A DNA stretch of 64,000 nt from an uncultured Alphaproteobacteria bacterium. Lineage in GTDB: Bacteria; Pseudomonadota; Alphaproteobacteria; Rhizobiales; Beijerinckiaceae. Position numbers and translations under genes: made by a program. The stretch's first letter is position 1, and each line of letters opens with the position of its first letter. Below the pieces are notes generated by a model that saw nothing but the letters and a program-made list of their open reading frames with translations, ran no database searches and was not told the origin of the DNA. The DNA lies in the NCBI GenBank assembly GCA_963724785.1, contig CAVRWC010000012.1, forward strand, positions 5,056 to 69,055, written 5' to 3'. Shown one piece after another: positions 32,197-44,429 of the stretch.

Positions 32197-33057
32197 TCAG
32201 TGTCGCGCCGTGCGCGGCTCGTCGTAGATCACATAGGTCCTGAGCTCGATGCTTTCCCGCGGCGGCGCGTCCGCGGGCGCCGTTCGGTTGGCGAAGGCGG
32301 TATGCGGCGCGAAGCGCGCCACCGAGCCGTCGTCGCGCGAATCGAAGCACTTCAGCAGCAGGACCTCGTCGGGCCGCATGTCCGGCGCGTAGAACCAGCG
32401 GTGGCCGGGATTGTAGACGACATTGTAGGTTTCGCCGCGCCGCTCGCGGAACAGAAGATCGGAGGCGACGAGATCCTCGCGGGCGACGGTGCGGGCGTCG
32501 CAGACCGCGAGCGGGAAGTCGATCGCCGGAACGTGGATCGGCCGCCACAGGTTGACGATGGCGACGCGGCGATCGAGCAGGGCGTCGGCCTCGTCGGGAT
32601 AGAGGAGCCTCAGCCGCGACACGCCGGACTGCTCCGTCTGGTCGACATGGACGCGGGTCGCCGGCTGGCGCGGGACGTCGGCCTTCCGGTCGTTATCGAC
32701 CTCGGCGACGCGACGCCTGAGCGTGTGGTCGAAGATCCGCACTTCCGCCGCGCCGGTGATCCGCTTCAGGAGCGCAATCAACTCCGGGTAGTAGACGCGC
32801 AGGATTTCGTCCTCGTCCCAGAAATTCTCGACCGCGCTGCGGTGGCGAGCGAGCTGGAAGCCGGCGCTGTCGAGGGAAAATTCCGACGCGACTGGGCGCA
32901 GGTTGTAGATTTCTGACGGATGCGTCTCGCTCTCGACGGTCGACCACGGCGCGCCCGACGGCGGCGCGTAGGCGTAGGAGACCGGCTTTGCGCCGGTGGG
33001 GATCAGATAGTTCAGGTCAGCCTGGATATGGGGCAGCAACTCGAGACTTGCGGCCAT
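32197..33057 (-). CDS. CmcJ/NvfI (AsaB-like) oxidoreductase
   Basis: FSLDSAGFQL, YYPE, FDHTLR, P..RVHVDQT, NLWRPI, PLAVCDAR, LLKCFDS, PHTAF, RESIELR. Confidence 0.85.
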   Translation of the reverse strand: MAASLELLPHIQADLNYLIPTGAKPVSYAYAPPSGAPWSTVESETHPSEIYNLRPVASEFSLDSAGFQLARHRSAVENFWDEDEILRVYYPELIALLKRITGAAEVRIFDHTLRRRVAEVDNDRKADVPRQPATRVHVDQTEQSGVSRLRLLYPDEADALLDRRVAIVNLWRPIHVPAIDFPLAVCDARTVAREDLVASDLLFRERRGETYNVVYNPGHRWFYAPDMRPDEVLLLKCFDSRDDGSVARFAPHTAFANRTAPADAPPRESIELRTYVIYDEPRTARH

Positions 33058-33202
33058 GGCCTTACCCTCCGCGATGAGGTTGTGATAGTCGATGTCTTTT
33101 GTAGATAATGGTCGCCAGAGCGTTTTTTCAATCGCCTCCGGCGATCTTTTTCCAAGGCCCTGATCACGTTGGCGCGAGGCGCGGCTCCCAGTTCGACGTC
33201 AA

Positions 33203-33223
33203 TGGCCGGGCTTGACCCGGCCA
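33203..33223. repeat. Single REP-like palindrome
   Basis: TGGCCGGG-CTTGA-CCCGGCCA in an intergenic region. Confidence 0.55.
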
Positions 33224-33410
33224 CCACGCGAGCACTGCGCTTTGGGGCAGGCGCCGGGCGGAGGCGGAAAGGCGAATGGATTTGCGATTGGCGAGCGGGG
33301 CGGCGCCGAATGGCGGTGCGCGCGGAAGATCGCCCCTTACGCCTCCTTGTGGATCGGCTTTGACAATGACATTGGCGGCGGCGCGCTGGCTCAATCTCTG
33401 AAGCTTCTCT

Positions 33411-33971
33411 TCACGCCCCCCTGAGCCCCAGCGCGATCGCGATCCAGCCCGCCCCGTAGAAAATCAGGTCGATGCCGAGAAAGAGCCCGATCACCCATAG
33501 GCCGGAGGCGGGCCATTGGAACAGGATCATCAGGCCGAGCGCGATGGTGATCACGCCGTCGAGGGCGTTCCAGCCCCAGCCGGAATAGCCGAGCCCGGCG
33601 GAGCCGACGATGTGGAAGAGGCCGCCGACGACGAAGAAGAGCGCCATCACGAAGGTCAGCACTTCCGCCGTGACCACCGGCCGGGTGACGAGGATCAGGC
33701 CGAGCGCGCCATAGAGGATCGCGGTCAGCGCGTGCTGGAAGAATCCGGCCCAATGGCCGACCCACACCGCCGCGACGATCTCGACCACGGCGGCGATGAG
33801 GAGCAGCCAGCCGAAGAACCGCATCGTGACCAGGGTCGCGGTCACCGAGCGCCAGACGGCGGCGAGCCCGAGGAGGACCAGCGCGAGGCCGAACGCCAGG
33901 AACCAGCCCCACTGCGAGGCGAGGTCCTTGGTGATCTGGATGTCGAGCGTCTGGATGTCGGCGGGAGTCAT
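33411..33971 (-). CDS. HdeD/DUF308 membrane protein
   Basis: WGWFLAFG.., six TM helices, WP.SGLWVIGLFLGIDLIF.G. Confidence 0.88.
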   Translation of the reverse strand: MTPADIQTLDIQITKDLASQWGWFLAFGLALVLLGLAAVWRSVTATLVTMRFFGWLLLIAAVVEIVAAVWVGHWAGFFQHALTAILYGALGLILVTRPVVTAEVLTFVMALFFVVGGLFHIVGSAGLGYSGWGWNALDGVITIALGLMILFQWPASGLWVIGLFLGIDLIFYGAGWIAIALGLRGA

Positions 33972-34217
33972 GGGCGATTCGGCTCCAGGGTCCGTTCAGC
34001 CAAAGTTACGCCGCGAAGACGCCACGGTCCAGCCATTCCGCTGTCTCGTTCGGGCCAGAGGCTAGGTGCTATGCCATTGAAATCACACGTCTCCTGCCCG
34101 AAGTCCTGGCGAGAATGGGCGATAAGTGCTTGATATCGCAAGAGTCCAGTCAGAAACCCGCGCTCCGCGCCCTCGGCTCGGCTGGCGCGGGCCGCCGTTC
34201 GCTGGCATAAGGGGCCT

Positions 34218-35419
34218 ATGACCGAGGCCGACCTTCCGCGCGTCGCGCCGCGGCAGCGCCGTCCGGCCGACGACGATCCCGGGTTCGGGGTCTATGTCCA
34301 CTGGCCGTTCTGCCTGTCGAAGTGCCCCTATTGCGACTTCAACAGCCACGTCCGCGCCGGGGCGGTCGACGAGGCGCGCTATCTCGCCGCCTTCGCCGCC
34401 GAGATCGCCCACCGGGCGGCGCTCGCGCCGGGGCGGGTCGTCCGCTCGATCTTCTTCGGCGGCGGCACGCCCTCGCTGATGCAGCCGAAGACCGTCGGCG
34501 GCGTGATCGAGGCGATCGCGGCGCGCTGGCCGATCGCGCCCGACGCCGAGATCACCCTCGAGGCCAACCCGACCAGCGTCGAGGCCGGCCGCTTTCGTGG
34601 CTATCGCGCCGCCGGAGTCAACCGGCTGTCGATCGGCGTTCAGGCGCTCGCCGACGCCGACCTCGTGGCGCTCGGGCGCCGGCACAGCGTCGAGGAGGCG
34701 CTCGCGGCCGTGCGGCTCGCCGCGTCCCTGTTTCCGCGCTTTACCTTCGACCTGATCTACGGCCGGTCCGGACAGAGCGACGCGGCGTGGCGCGCCGAGC
34801 TCGCCCGCGGCCTCGACCTCGCCGGCGACCACATCTCGCTCTACCAGCTCACCATCGAGCCCGACACCATGTTCGAGCGGCTGCGCGACGCCGGCCGGCT
34901 GACGCTCCCCGACGAGGACCTGAGCCTCGCCCTGTTCCACACGACGCGCGAACTGACGGAGGCCCGCGGCCTGCCCGCCTACGAAGTGTCCAATCACGCC
35001 CGGCCCGGCGGCGAAAGCCGCCACAACCTCGTCTACTGGCGCTATGGCGAATACGCCGGGATCGGTCCCGGCGCCCACGGGCGCCTCGTCACCCGCGAAG
35101 GCCGGCTCGCCCAGGCTTGCGAGCGGCGCCCGGAAGCCTGGCTCGCCCGGGTCGAGGTCGGTGGGTCACGGCCTCGTCGAGAACACGGCCCTCAGCCAGC
35201 GAGGAGCAGGGCGACGAGTTCCTGCTGATGGGTTTGCGACTCGGCGAGGGCGTCGATCCCCGCCGCTACGAGGCGCTGAGCGGTCGGGCGCTGGACCTCG
35301 ACAGGCTGAGGACGCTGATCGAAGGCGGCTTCGTCGAGCGCGACCCATCCGGCCGCCTGCGGGTCACCCCGGTCGGCGCGCCGCTGCTCGACACGGTGGT
35401 GGCGGACCTCGCCGCCTGA
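34218..35419 (+). CDS. hemW: Radical SAM heme chaperone HemW (frameshift ~35165)
   Basis: YVHWPFCLSKCPYCDFNSH, FFGGGTPS, EANP, YEVSNHA, HNLVYW, GPGAHG. Confidence 0.92.
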
Positions 35420-35466
35420 CCGAACGCGCGCCCGCCGGCCGGGCCGCAGGACGGAGACTGCCGGGA

Positions 35467-35781
35467 GTGCGCGACGATGAGGACGCCCACCGCCACCGCC
35501 GCCGTCTCGAAAGCCTGATCGACCGCCTGCCGGGACGCGTTCGCACGAGCGTCCGGTGGCTTCTCCGGCCCGAATCGCGCTGGGCGCGCATTCCCGCCGG
35601 CGTCGGGCTGATCCTCGGCGGCTTTCTCGCGGTCCTGCCGGTGTTCGGTCTCTGGATGCTGCCGCTCGGCGTCATCCTGATCGCGGAGGACCTCCCGATC
35701 CTGCGGCGCGGCGTGGCCCGGGCGCTCGACTGGATGGAGCGTCGCTGGCCGCGCCTGTTCGCGGGGGCGCGCCACGATTGA
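35467..35781 (+). CDS. Small membrane protein
   Basis: WARIPAGVGLILGGFLAVLPVFGLWMLPLGVILIAEDLP, a hydrophobic hairpin. Confidence 0.7.
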   Translation: MRDDEDAHRHRRRLESLIDRLPGRVRTSVRWLLRPESRWARIPAGVGLILGGFLAVLPVFGLWMLPLGVILIAEDLPILRRGVARALDWMERRWPRLFAGARHD

Positions 35782-35892
35782 CTAAGCGCCCATTCTGACC
35801 CATGTCTAATTGTCCGCAGGGCTTGGGGCTCTGATCGGATATATTGACGCGCGCCCACTGGGGCGCGGATCAGCGAACACAGGAGAGTGGCC

Positions 35893-36432
35893 ATTCGTCG
35901 TCCTATGAAAGCAACTGCGGCGCCAGAGAAAGGAGGCCCGCGCATCAATCGCGACATACGCGCTGTCCAGATTCAGCTCATCGACGCCGAGGGCAAGAAT
36001 CACGGCGTCGTCAATCTCGCAGACGCCCAGCGCCAGGCGGATGAAGCCGGCCTCGATCTCGTCGAGATCGTCCCGAACGCGACGCCGCCGGTGTGCAAGA
36101 TCCTCGATTTCGGGAAATACCGCTTCCTCGAGCAGAAGAAGTCGTCGGAGGCGCGCAAGCGTCAGAAGATCGTGGAAATCAAGGAAATCAAGCTGCGTCC
36201 CGGCATCGACGACCACGACTACGACGTGAAGATGCGGTCGGTTCTGCGGTTCTTCGAGGAGGGCGACAAGGTCAAGGTGACGTTGCGCTTCCGCGGCCGC
36301 GAGATGGCGCACCAGGACATCGGTTTCAAGCTCCTGCAGCGGGTGAAGACCGAGACCGCGCTGATCGCCAAGGTCGAGGCCGAGCCTTCGATGGAAGGCC
36401 GGCAGATGATCATGGTGCTCGCGCCCAAGTAG
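35893..36432 (+). CDS. infC: Translation initiation factor IF-3 (probable ATT start)
   Basis: [51 protein letters not shown]; AGGAGA at 35881-35886 is 6 nt before ATT. Confidence 0.96.
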   Translation: MRRPMKATAAPEKGGPRINRDIRAVQIQLIDAEGKNHGVVNLADAQRQADEAGLDLVEIVPNATPPVCKILDFGKYRFLEQKKSSEARKRQKIVEIKEIKLRPGIDDHDYDVKMRSVLRFFEEGDKVKVTLRFRGREMAHQDIGFKLLQRVKTETALIAKVEAEPSMEGRQMIMVLAPK

Positions 36433-36533
36433 AGGCGGCCGCGCCCGCTTTTCCCCAGGCCCGCCGAATTTTTTTTGGAGCGTGGGCGGCAAGCGCGCGC
36501 CGCCCGCCCGCGCTCACGACGGACCCGCCGAAG

Positions 36534-37049
36534 CTACTCCGCGGCCGCCCGCTTCGGCAGGACCCAGCCGGGTCGGGGGAAGTGGCAGGTGTAGCCGTTG
36601 GGATAGCGCTCGAGATAATCCTGATGCTCGGGCTCGGCCTGCCAGAACGGCCCGGCGGGGACGACCTCTGTCACCACGTTGCCCGGCCACAGGCCGGAAG
36701 CCTCGACGTCGGCGATCGTGTCGAGGGCGACCCGCTTCTGCTCCTCGTCAGCATAGAAGATCGCCGAACGGTAGCTGCGGCCGACGTCGTTGCCCTGGCG
36801 GTTGCGGGTCGACGGATCATGGATCTGGAAAAAGAACTCGAGCAGCTTGCGGTAGCTGGTCTGCGTCGGATCGAACGTAATCTCGATCGCCTCGGCGTGG
36901 TCGCCGTGGTTGCGATAGGTCGCGTTCGGCGTGTCGCCGCCGGTGTAGCCGACCCGCGTCGCGATCACGCCGGGTAGACGGCGGATCAGGTCCTGCATGC
37001 CCCAGAAGCATCCGCCGGCAAGCACCGCGCGCGAAGGGGAATTGGACAT
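36534..37049 (-). CDS. msrA: Peptide-methionine (S)-S-oxide reductase
   Basis: [41 protein letters not shown]. Confidence 0.95.
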   Translation of the reverse strand: MSNSPSRAVLAGGCFWGMQDLIRRLPGVIATRVGYTGGDTPNATYRNHGDHAEAIEITFDPTQTSYRKLLEFFFQIHDPSTRNRQGNDVGRSYRSAIFYADEEQKRVALDTIADVEASGLWPGNVVTEVVPAGPFWQAEPEHQDYLERYPNGYTCHFPRPGWVLPKRAAAE

Positions 37050-37189
37050 GGAACGGTTCCTTCAGTCGTAGGGATGGTCTGCCTTCTCTTCGCAGCGAAT
37101 CTGGCGTCCGTTACCGTCGCTTTCAAGGCGGCGTGCAAAGGCGGCCCGGCGAGGCGCCCTGGAGCGGAGACGTCCCGGCGCGGTCGCCG

Positions 37190-37214
37190 GGAACTCGCCC
37201 CGGCCGCGAGCGTT
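37190..37214 (+). promoter_or_regulatory. EcfG/sigmaT-type promoter
   Basis: GGAAC-N16-CGTT upstream of a general stress protein gene. Confidence 0.7.
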
Positions 37215-37242
37215 CAACACGCTCAGCAAGCCGGAGATCATC

Positions 37243-37749
37243 ATGTCCGAGACGTCCCAAACCGACAAGTCCGAGGCAGAACTCCAGGACCGCGCCTGGG
37301 AGCTCGCCAAATCGATCGGCACGTGCATGTTCACGACATGGGACGGCCACCGCCAGCGCTCCCGACCCATGGCGGCGATCGTCAGGCGCGAAGACCACGC
37401 GCTCTATTTCCTGACCGATCAGGGCACGGAAAAAATCTGGCAGGCGGAAAAGTTCCCGACTGTCATGGCGACCTTTGCCGACGTCGGCGGCAACAAGTTC
37501 GTGGCGATTTCCGGCGACGCGACGATCGAGAACGATCGCGCCAAGATCAAGGAGCTGTGGACGCCGTTCGCCAAGGCCTGGTGGCCCAACGCCGACGATC
37601 CGGCGATCCGGGTGGTGACCATCACGCCGGCCGACGCCGAGCTTTGGGACAGCCCCGGCAAGATCGTCGCGGCCGCGGTGATGCTGAAGGCGCTGGCCAC
37701 CGGGCGACAGCGGCCGAAGCTCGGCGATAACGCGAGGGTCGATATCTGA
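37243..37749 (+). CDS. General stress protein / pyridoxamine 5'-phosphate oxidase-like FMN-binding protein
   Basis: W.L.KSI..CMFTT..RSRPM..YFLT..SG.A..D..KI.ELW..KAWWP..DDP..AE.WDSP. Confidence 0.85.
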   Translation: MSETSQTDKSEAELQDRAWELAKSIGTCMFTTWDGHRQRSRPMAAIVRREDHALYFLTDQGTEKIWQAEKFPTVMATFADVGGNKFVAISGDATIENDRAKIKELWTPFAKAWWPNADDPAIRVVTITPADAELWDSPGKIVAAAVMLKALATGRQRPKLGDNARVDI

Positions 37750-37803
37750 GCCGTGCGCCGCCGCGTCGCGCCCCGCCCGTACGCGGCGGCGCCGGCGCCC
37801 GCG

Positions 37804-38025
37804 TCAATACTCCGTGCGGGCGCGCTGGAACCAGGCGACGACCAGCAGGACGAGCCCGACGACAAGGCAGCCCAGCGCGTGGCTCACGTGAATATGAGCG
37901 GAGCCCGCCTCGAATCCCGGCAGGAAAGCGGGAAGGTCGCCGGCGGGCGTGAGCCAGTAGAAGGCGGCGAGCGCGAGGGAGACGAGGCCCAGAAGGCCGG
38001 CGATGATGGTCACAGGGCTGCTCAT
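37804..38025 (-). CDS. Small two-TM membrane protein
   Basis: Two hydrophobic segments around Y..TPA..LP.FLPG. Confidence 0.65.
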   Translation of the reverse strand: MSSPVTIIAGLLGLVSLALAAFYWLTPAGDLPAFLPGFEAGSAHIHVSHALGCLVVGLVLLVVAWFQRARTEY

Positions 38026-38095
38026 GGGCCGTGACGTAGCCGATCAATGTGTCGGCGCCAAGAAGGCGGGCGAGGGGGCCGCCAAGGAGGCGCAT

Positions 38096-38120
38096 GGAAC
38101 AAACTCAGGTCGAGCGCGTT
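38096..38120 (+). promoter_or_regulatory. EcfG/sigmaT-type promoter
   Basis: GGAAC-N16-CGTT. Confidence 0.65.
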
Positions 38121-38162
38121 CGTCAGAGGTTCCATCGGTTCCTCTGCATGACGGAGATTTCC

Positions 38163-38420
38163 ATGTTTTCGAGAATATTCGCCGCGACTTTGGCGGCGGG
38201 CTTGGTTGTAGGCGCCGCCTCGCAGGCGGCTCGCGCTGACGAGAGCGGCGCTGTCACGGGCGGCGTCGCCGGCGCTGTCGGCGGCGCTGTGGTCGGCGGT
38301 CCGGTTGGGGCGGTGGTCGGCGGCGTCGGCGGCGCGGCGGTCGGCAACTCGATGACCAACCACCATCGCTACTACCATCACGTCTATCGCTACCATCACC
38401 ACTATTACGAGAACCATTAA
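38163..38420 (+). CDS. Small secreted glycine-zipper protein with His/Tyr-rich tail
   Basis: GGAGA RBS, signal peptide ending ARA, GAVGGAVVGGPVGAVVGG, tail HHRYYHHVYRYHHHYYENH. Confidence 0.78.
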   Translation: MFSRIFAATLAAGLVVGAASQAARADESGAVTGGVAGAVGGAVVGGPVGAVVGGVGGAAVGNSMTNHHRYYHHVYRYHHHYYENH

Positions 38421-38696
38421 CCGCTTCGGCGGCGGGTTCGCCTCAGTTTCGCGTTGCCTCCCTCGTTCAGGGGGAGGCGTTGGTCGCGCCGAGCCTTACT
38501 CGCCGGAGGCCGGCGCGACCTCCCTGAATTTGCATAATGCCGTTTCATTTCAATTATAGGGCCGGATGGCGCCCGCCCGCTCTTAACCAGGTTCTTGGCC
38601 GAGCTTGGCGTCGTCTGTGACCGCGGTCACAGCGGGACGGCCGGTTATGCTTGACGCTCCGTCGACGAGAAGGTTACCGCGGTCAGACCGCGTTTT

Positions 38697-39983
38697 TTGA
38701 CGCCTTCCGATCCTGGGAGCGCGAGCTTGGAATCGTCAGTCGTCGCCGATCACGCGAAACTTGCCGAGCAACTCCCGCTCGACCAAATCGACGTCAGCGA
38801 TCCCGCACTGTACCAGCACGACGTCTGGCGCCCGTATTTCCGCCGCCTGCGTCGGGACGCGCCCGTGCATTATTGCCCGGAAAGTCCGGTCGGACCCTTC
38901 TGGTCGGTGACGAAGCACAAGGACATCATCGACGTCGAGGTGAGGCACAGGGTGTTCTCGTCGAGTTCGACGCTGGGCGGCATCGTGCTCCGCGACCGGC
39001 CGCTCGATCTCGAGCTGCCGATGTTCATTGCGATGGACCCTCCGAAGCACGAGGCCCAACGCAAGGTTGTCCAGCCGATTGTTTCGCCCGAGAATCTCGA
39101 CAACCTGAAAGACCTGATCCGCAACCGTATCCGGACAACGCTCGACGGTCTGCCGATCGGCGAGCCCTTCGACTGGGTCGACCGGGTCTCGATCGAGCTG
39201 ACCGCGCAGATGCTGGCGACGCTGTTCGACTTTCCGTTCGAGGACCGGCGGAAGCTGAGCTACTGGTCTGACGCTTCGATGGCAATTCCCTATGCAGGAA
39301 GCCTGGTCGAAAGCGAGGAGCATCGCGAGGAAATCTTTCGCGAGTGCCTTGGGGTTTTCATGAGGCTGTGGAACGAGCGGGTCAACGCGGAGCCGCGTCC
39401 CGACCTCATCTCCATGCTCGCCCACGGCGAAGCGACCCGGACCATGAGCCCGCGCGAATTTTTGGGCAACATCCTCCTTCTGATCGTCGGCGGCAACGAC
39501 ACGACGCGCAATTCGATGAGCGGCGGCGTGCTGTTCCTGAGCCAGAACCGCCACGAATTCGCCAAGCTGCGCGCCAGGCCCGAGCTGGTCGACTCGATGG
39601 TTCCGGAAATCATCCGCTACCAGACCCCGATCGCCTACATGCGCCGCACCGCGCTCGCGGATTCCGAGATCGGCGGCAAGACCATCCGCAAGGGCGACAA
39701 GGTCGCCATGTGGTACATTTCCGGCAATCGCGACGAGGACGCGATCGACGAACCCGACCGCTTTATCATCGACCGTCCCCGCCCGCGCCAGCACCTGTCG
39801 TTCGGCTTCGGCATCCACCGCTGCGTCGGCAAGCATCTCGCGGAAATGCAACTGAAAATCCTGTGGGAGGAGATTTTGCAGCGGGGCTGGACGATCGAAT
39901 TGGTCGGCGAGCCGAAGCGCGTCTTCTCGTCCTTCATCCACGGTTTTGCGGAGTTGCCGGTGCGGATTTCCGCACGTGGATGA
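38697..39983 (+). CDS. Cytochrome P450, CYP153-like
   Basis: MFIAMDPPKH, LLIVGGNDTTRNSM, EIIRYQTP, HLSFGFGIHRCVG. Confidence 0.92.
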   Translation: MTPSDPGSASLESSVVADHAKLAEQLPLDQIDVSDPALYQHDVWRPYFRRLRRDAPVHYCPESPVGPFWSVTKHKDIIDVEVRHRVFSSSSTLGGIVLRDRPLDLELPMFIAMDPPKHEAQRKVVQPIVSPENLDNLKDLIRNRIRTTLDGLPIGEPFDWVDRVSIELTAQMLATLFDFPFEDRRKLSYWSDASMAIPYAGSLVESEEHREEIFRECLGVFMRLWNERVNAEPRPDLISMLAHGEATRTMSPREFLGNILLLIVGGNDTTRNSMSGGVLFLSQNRHEFAKLRARPELVDSMVPEIIRYQTPIAYMRRTALADSEIGGKTIRKGDKVAMWYISGNRDEDAIDEPDRFIIDRPRPRQHLSFGFGIHRCVGKHLAEMQLKILWEEILQRGWTIELVGEPKRVFSSFIHGFAELPVRISARG

Positions 39984-39995
39984 TGGAGGCGCCGG

Positions 39996-40165
39996 CCCTT
40001 CCCCAGCTTGCTGGGGAAGGTGGCGCGTAGCGCCGGATGGGGTGTGGCCAACCGCTTCGGCCCAACCGGATTGCACGACCGTCACCGCGAAGCCTTTTCG
40101 CCCCCGACCTGCTTTCCACACCCCATCCGGCCTTCGGCCACCTTCCCCGCTTCGCGGAGAAGGGG
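39996..40165. repeat. REPIN/RIME-like palindromic unit, copy 1
   Basis: Two ~50-bp arms in inverted orientation around a ~65-bp spacer; nearly identical to 40833-41001. Confidence 0.88.
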
Positions 40166-40220
40166 AGCGCGTTGTCGCCATGGGCATCGCGGATTCGACT
40201 TCATCATGGAAAAAAGAGCG

Positions 40221-40586
40221 TCACGGGTCTCGAAGCGCTCCGCAAATCCGATCGATGACGATCGGCAATCCGCCGATCACGAGATCATCGGGAAACCGCA
40301 ACACCCGATACCCCTCGCGCCGAAGCCACGCGTCTCTCTCAGCGTCTCTGGCTCTCGCTTCAGCGGTATCGTGCGTCATGCCGTCCGCTTCGACGATCAG
40401 CTTCCGGGCAAGACAAACGAAGTCGGCAAAGTAAGGACCTACCGGCGTTTGCCTGCGAAAGCCGTGTCCGTCCAGGCGATGATTGCGCAGCGCCTGCCAC
40501 AGCAGGGTTTCCGCCCGAGTCATATTGCGGCGCTGAGCGCGAGCAAACTTGCGCGAGGACTGATCGTAGTGTGGCGGCTGCTCCAC
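40221..40586 (-). CDS. DUF559 (Vsr-like) endonuclease domain protein
   Basis: AR..RRNMT.AE..LW..LR..FRRQ.PVGPYFADFVC..KLIVEADG.TH..D..RDAWL...GYRVLRF; GTG start after GGAGA. Confidence 0.9.
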   Translation of the reverse strand: MEQPPHYDQSSRKFARAQRRNMTRAETLLWQALRNHRLDGHGFRRQTPVGPYFADFVCLARKLIVEADGMTHDTAEARARDAERDAWLRREGYRVLRFPDDLVIGGLPIVIDRICGALRDP

Positions 40587-40659
40587 TGTATCTCCGAACG
40601 GCTTTTCGGCTTGCGCGACCGTCGATGGCAAACCTCATACCGCAGCAGACCGCTCGCCG

Positions 40660-40708
40660 CACCCCATCCGGCGCTTCGCGCCACCTTCCCCGCTTCGCGG
40701 AGAAGGGG
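40660..40708. repeat. Single REP arm upstream of DUF559
   Basis: CACCCCATCCGGCGCTTCGCGCCACCTTCCCCGCTTCGCGGAGAAGGGG, same family as the flanking units. Confidence 0.85.
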
Positions 40709-40832
40709 AACACGTCATCGCGATGAGCGCCGCTAATTCAGGTTGAGTGCGCGCCGCGCAGCCGATCGCCAGCGTGACCTCGGCGCCGATCCGACCGCTG
40801 ACGCCGCACCGCCGCGGTCCGCAGACTACGAA

Positions 40833-41001
40833 CCCTTCCCCAGCTTGCTGGGGAGGGTGGCGCGTAGCGCCGGATGGGGTGTGGCCAACCGCTTCGGCCC
40901 AAGCCGGCTTGCACGACCGTCACCGCGAAGCCTTTTCGCCCCCGACCTGCTTTCCACACCCCATCCGGCCTTCGGCCACCTTCCCGCTTCGCGGAGAAGG
41001 G
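40833..41001. repeat. REPIN/RIME-like palindromic unit, copy 2
   Basis: Direct repeat of 39996-40165, including the spacer. Confidence 0.88.
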
Positions 41002-41017
41002 AACGGCATCGTGATCG

Positions 41018-41107
41018 GCGCGCCGCGATCCGTTCTCCCAGATCCACCTCCGCCGTCGCCAGTTCATAGCTGGTCTGGAGGTTGAGCCAAAACCGCGCGC
41101 TGTTTCC
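41018..41107 (-). pseudogene. HigA-type antitoxin C-terminal remnant
   Basis: GNSARFWLNLQTSYELATAEVDLGERIAA. Confidence 0.6.
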
Positions 41108-41370
41108 GACGGTGGAGTGTCCTTAGCTTCACTGCTCTCGGTGACTTTTGTTCTGACGGTCCCCACGCACCGCTTTAATTTTGGCGCGGCCACGTCCGAT
41201 ATTTCTTCACCAGTCGTTTTGCTTTTTAGCTTGTTCATGTAGGTGTGCCCCGAGCGCCTGATTATCATACCTGCGACCTTGGTGCTCGATGCTCCGAATG
41301 ACCTTGCTCCAATGTCGACGACCGTCCCAAATTGTACTATCATGCGACAAGCGGAGATAGGCAGTGATCC

Positions 41371-43864
<2,494 letters not shown>

Positions 43865-44050
43865 GGGCGGAATATGGGGCGAATCGGGGGGCGGGGGAAG
43901 GGCATGGGCCGTGTGCGCTCGCCTGGCTCATAAACGACATTTTATGCGGGCGCCGTCGCCGCTGAACCGTCGATTTCGGTTATACGCTCGCAGCCGTGGG
44001 CGCGCCCTTCGCCGGGGACGCCGGTTGTGGCTACAACCCGAGGATCAACC

Positions 44051-44311
44051 GTGACAGCATCGGACGCCCCGCGGTTTGCTTTCGTCCTGTCGCTGGCCGC
44101 CGCCGTCGGGGGGTGCCAGACCGAGAGCAAGCCCATCCCCGTGATGTCGGTCATCCAGTACGAGGCGCTGCCGCCGGGTCAAAAGCCGATCATGTTCCGG
44201 GACCCGGATCCGCTGCTCGCCTTTCCCTACAACATCCATGAAACCGACGGGCTCAGCCGCAATCCGAACGATTGCGCGCGCTGGGGCTGCGTCGACAACG
44301 CCGACCGCTGA
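44051..44311 (+). CDS. Small putative lipoprotein
   Basis: Lipobox-like LAAAVGGC; C-terminal ETDGLSRNPNDCARWGCVDN. Confidence 0.55.
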   Translation: MTASDAPRFAFVLSLAAAVGGCQTESKPIPVMSVIQYEALPPGQKPIMFRDPDPLLAFPYNIHETDGLSRNPNDCARWGCVDNADR

Positions 44312-44429
44312 CGAGCGGCGCGGGCGGCGCCAGGGCGCTGGCGGTGGACGCTCGCGGCGGGGTGCAGGATCAGTCGCAGCGCCCTGTGAGGCGGCGTTTG
44401 GCGACATTCCCTTGACTGGGACGCGACGC

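Noticed and set aside
39996-41001. CRISPR array interpretation of the repeats
   Set aside because: Units are long inverted pairs with identical internal spacers, there is no regular repeat-unique spacer periodicity, and no cas genes are present
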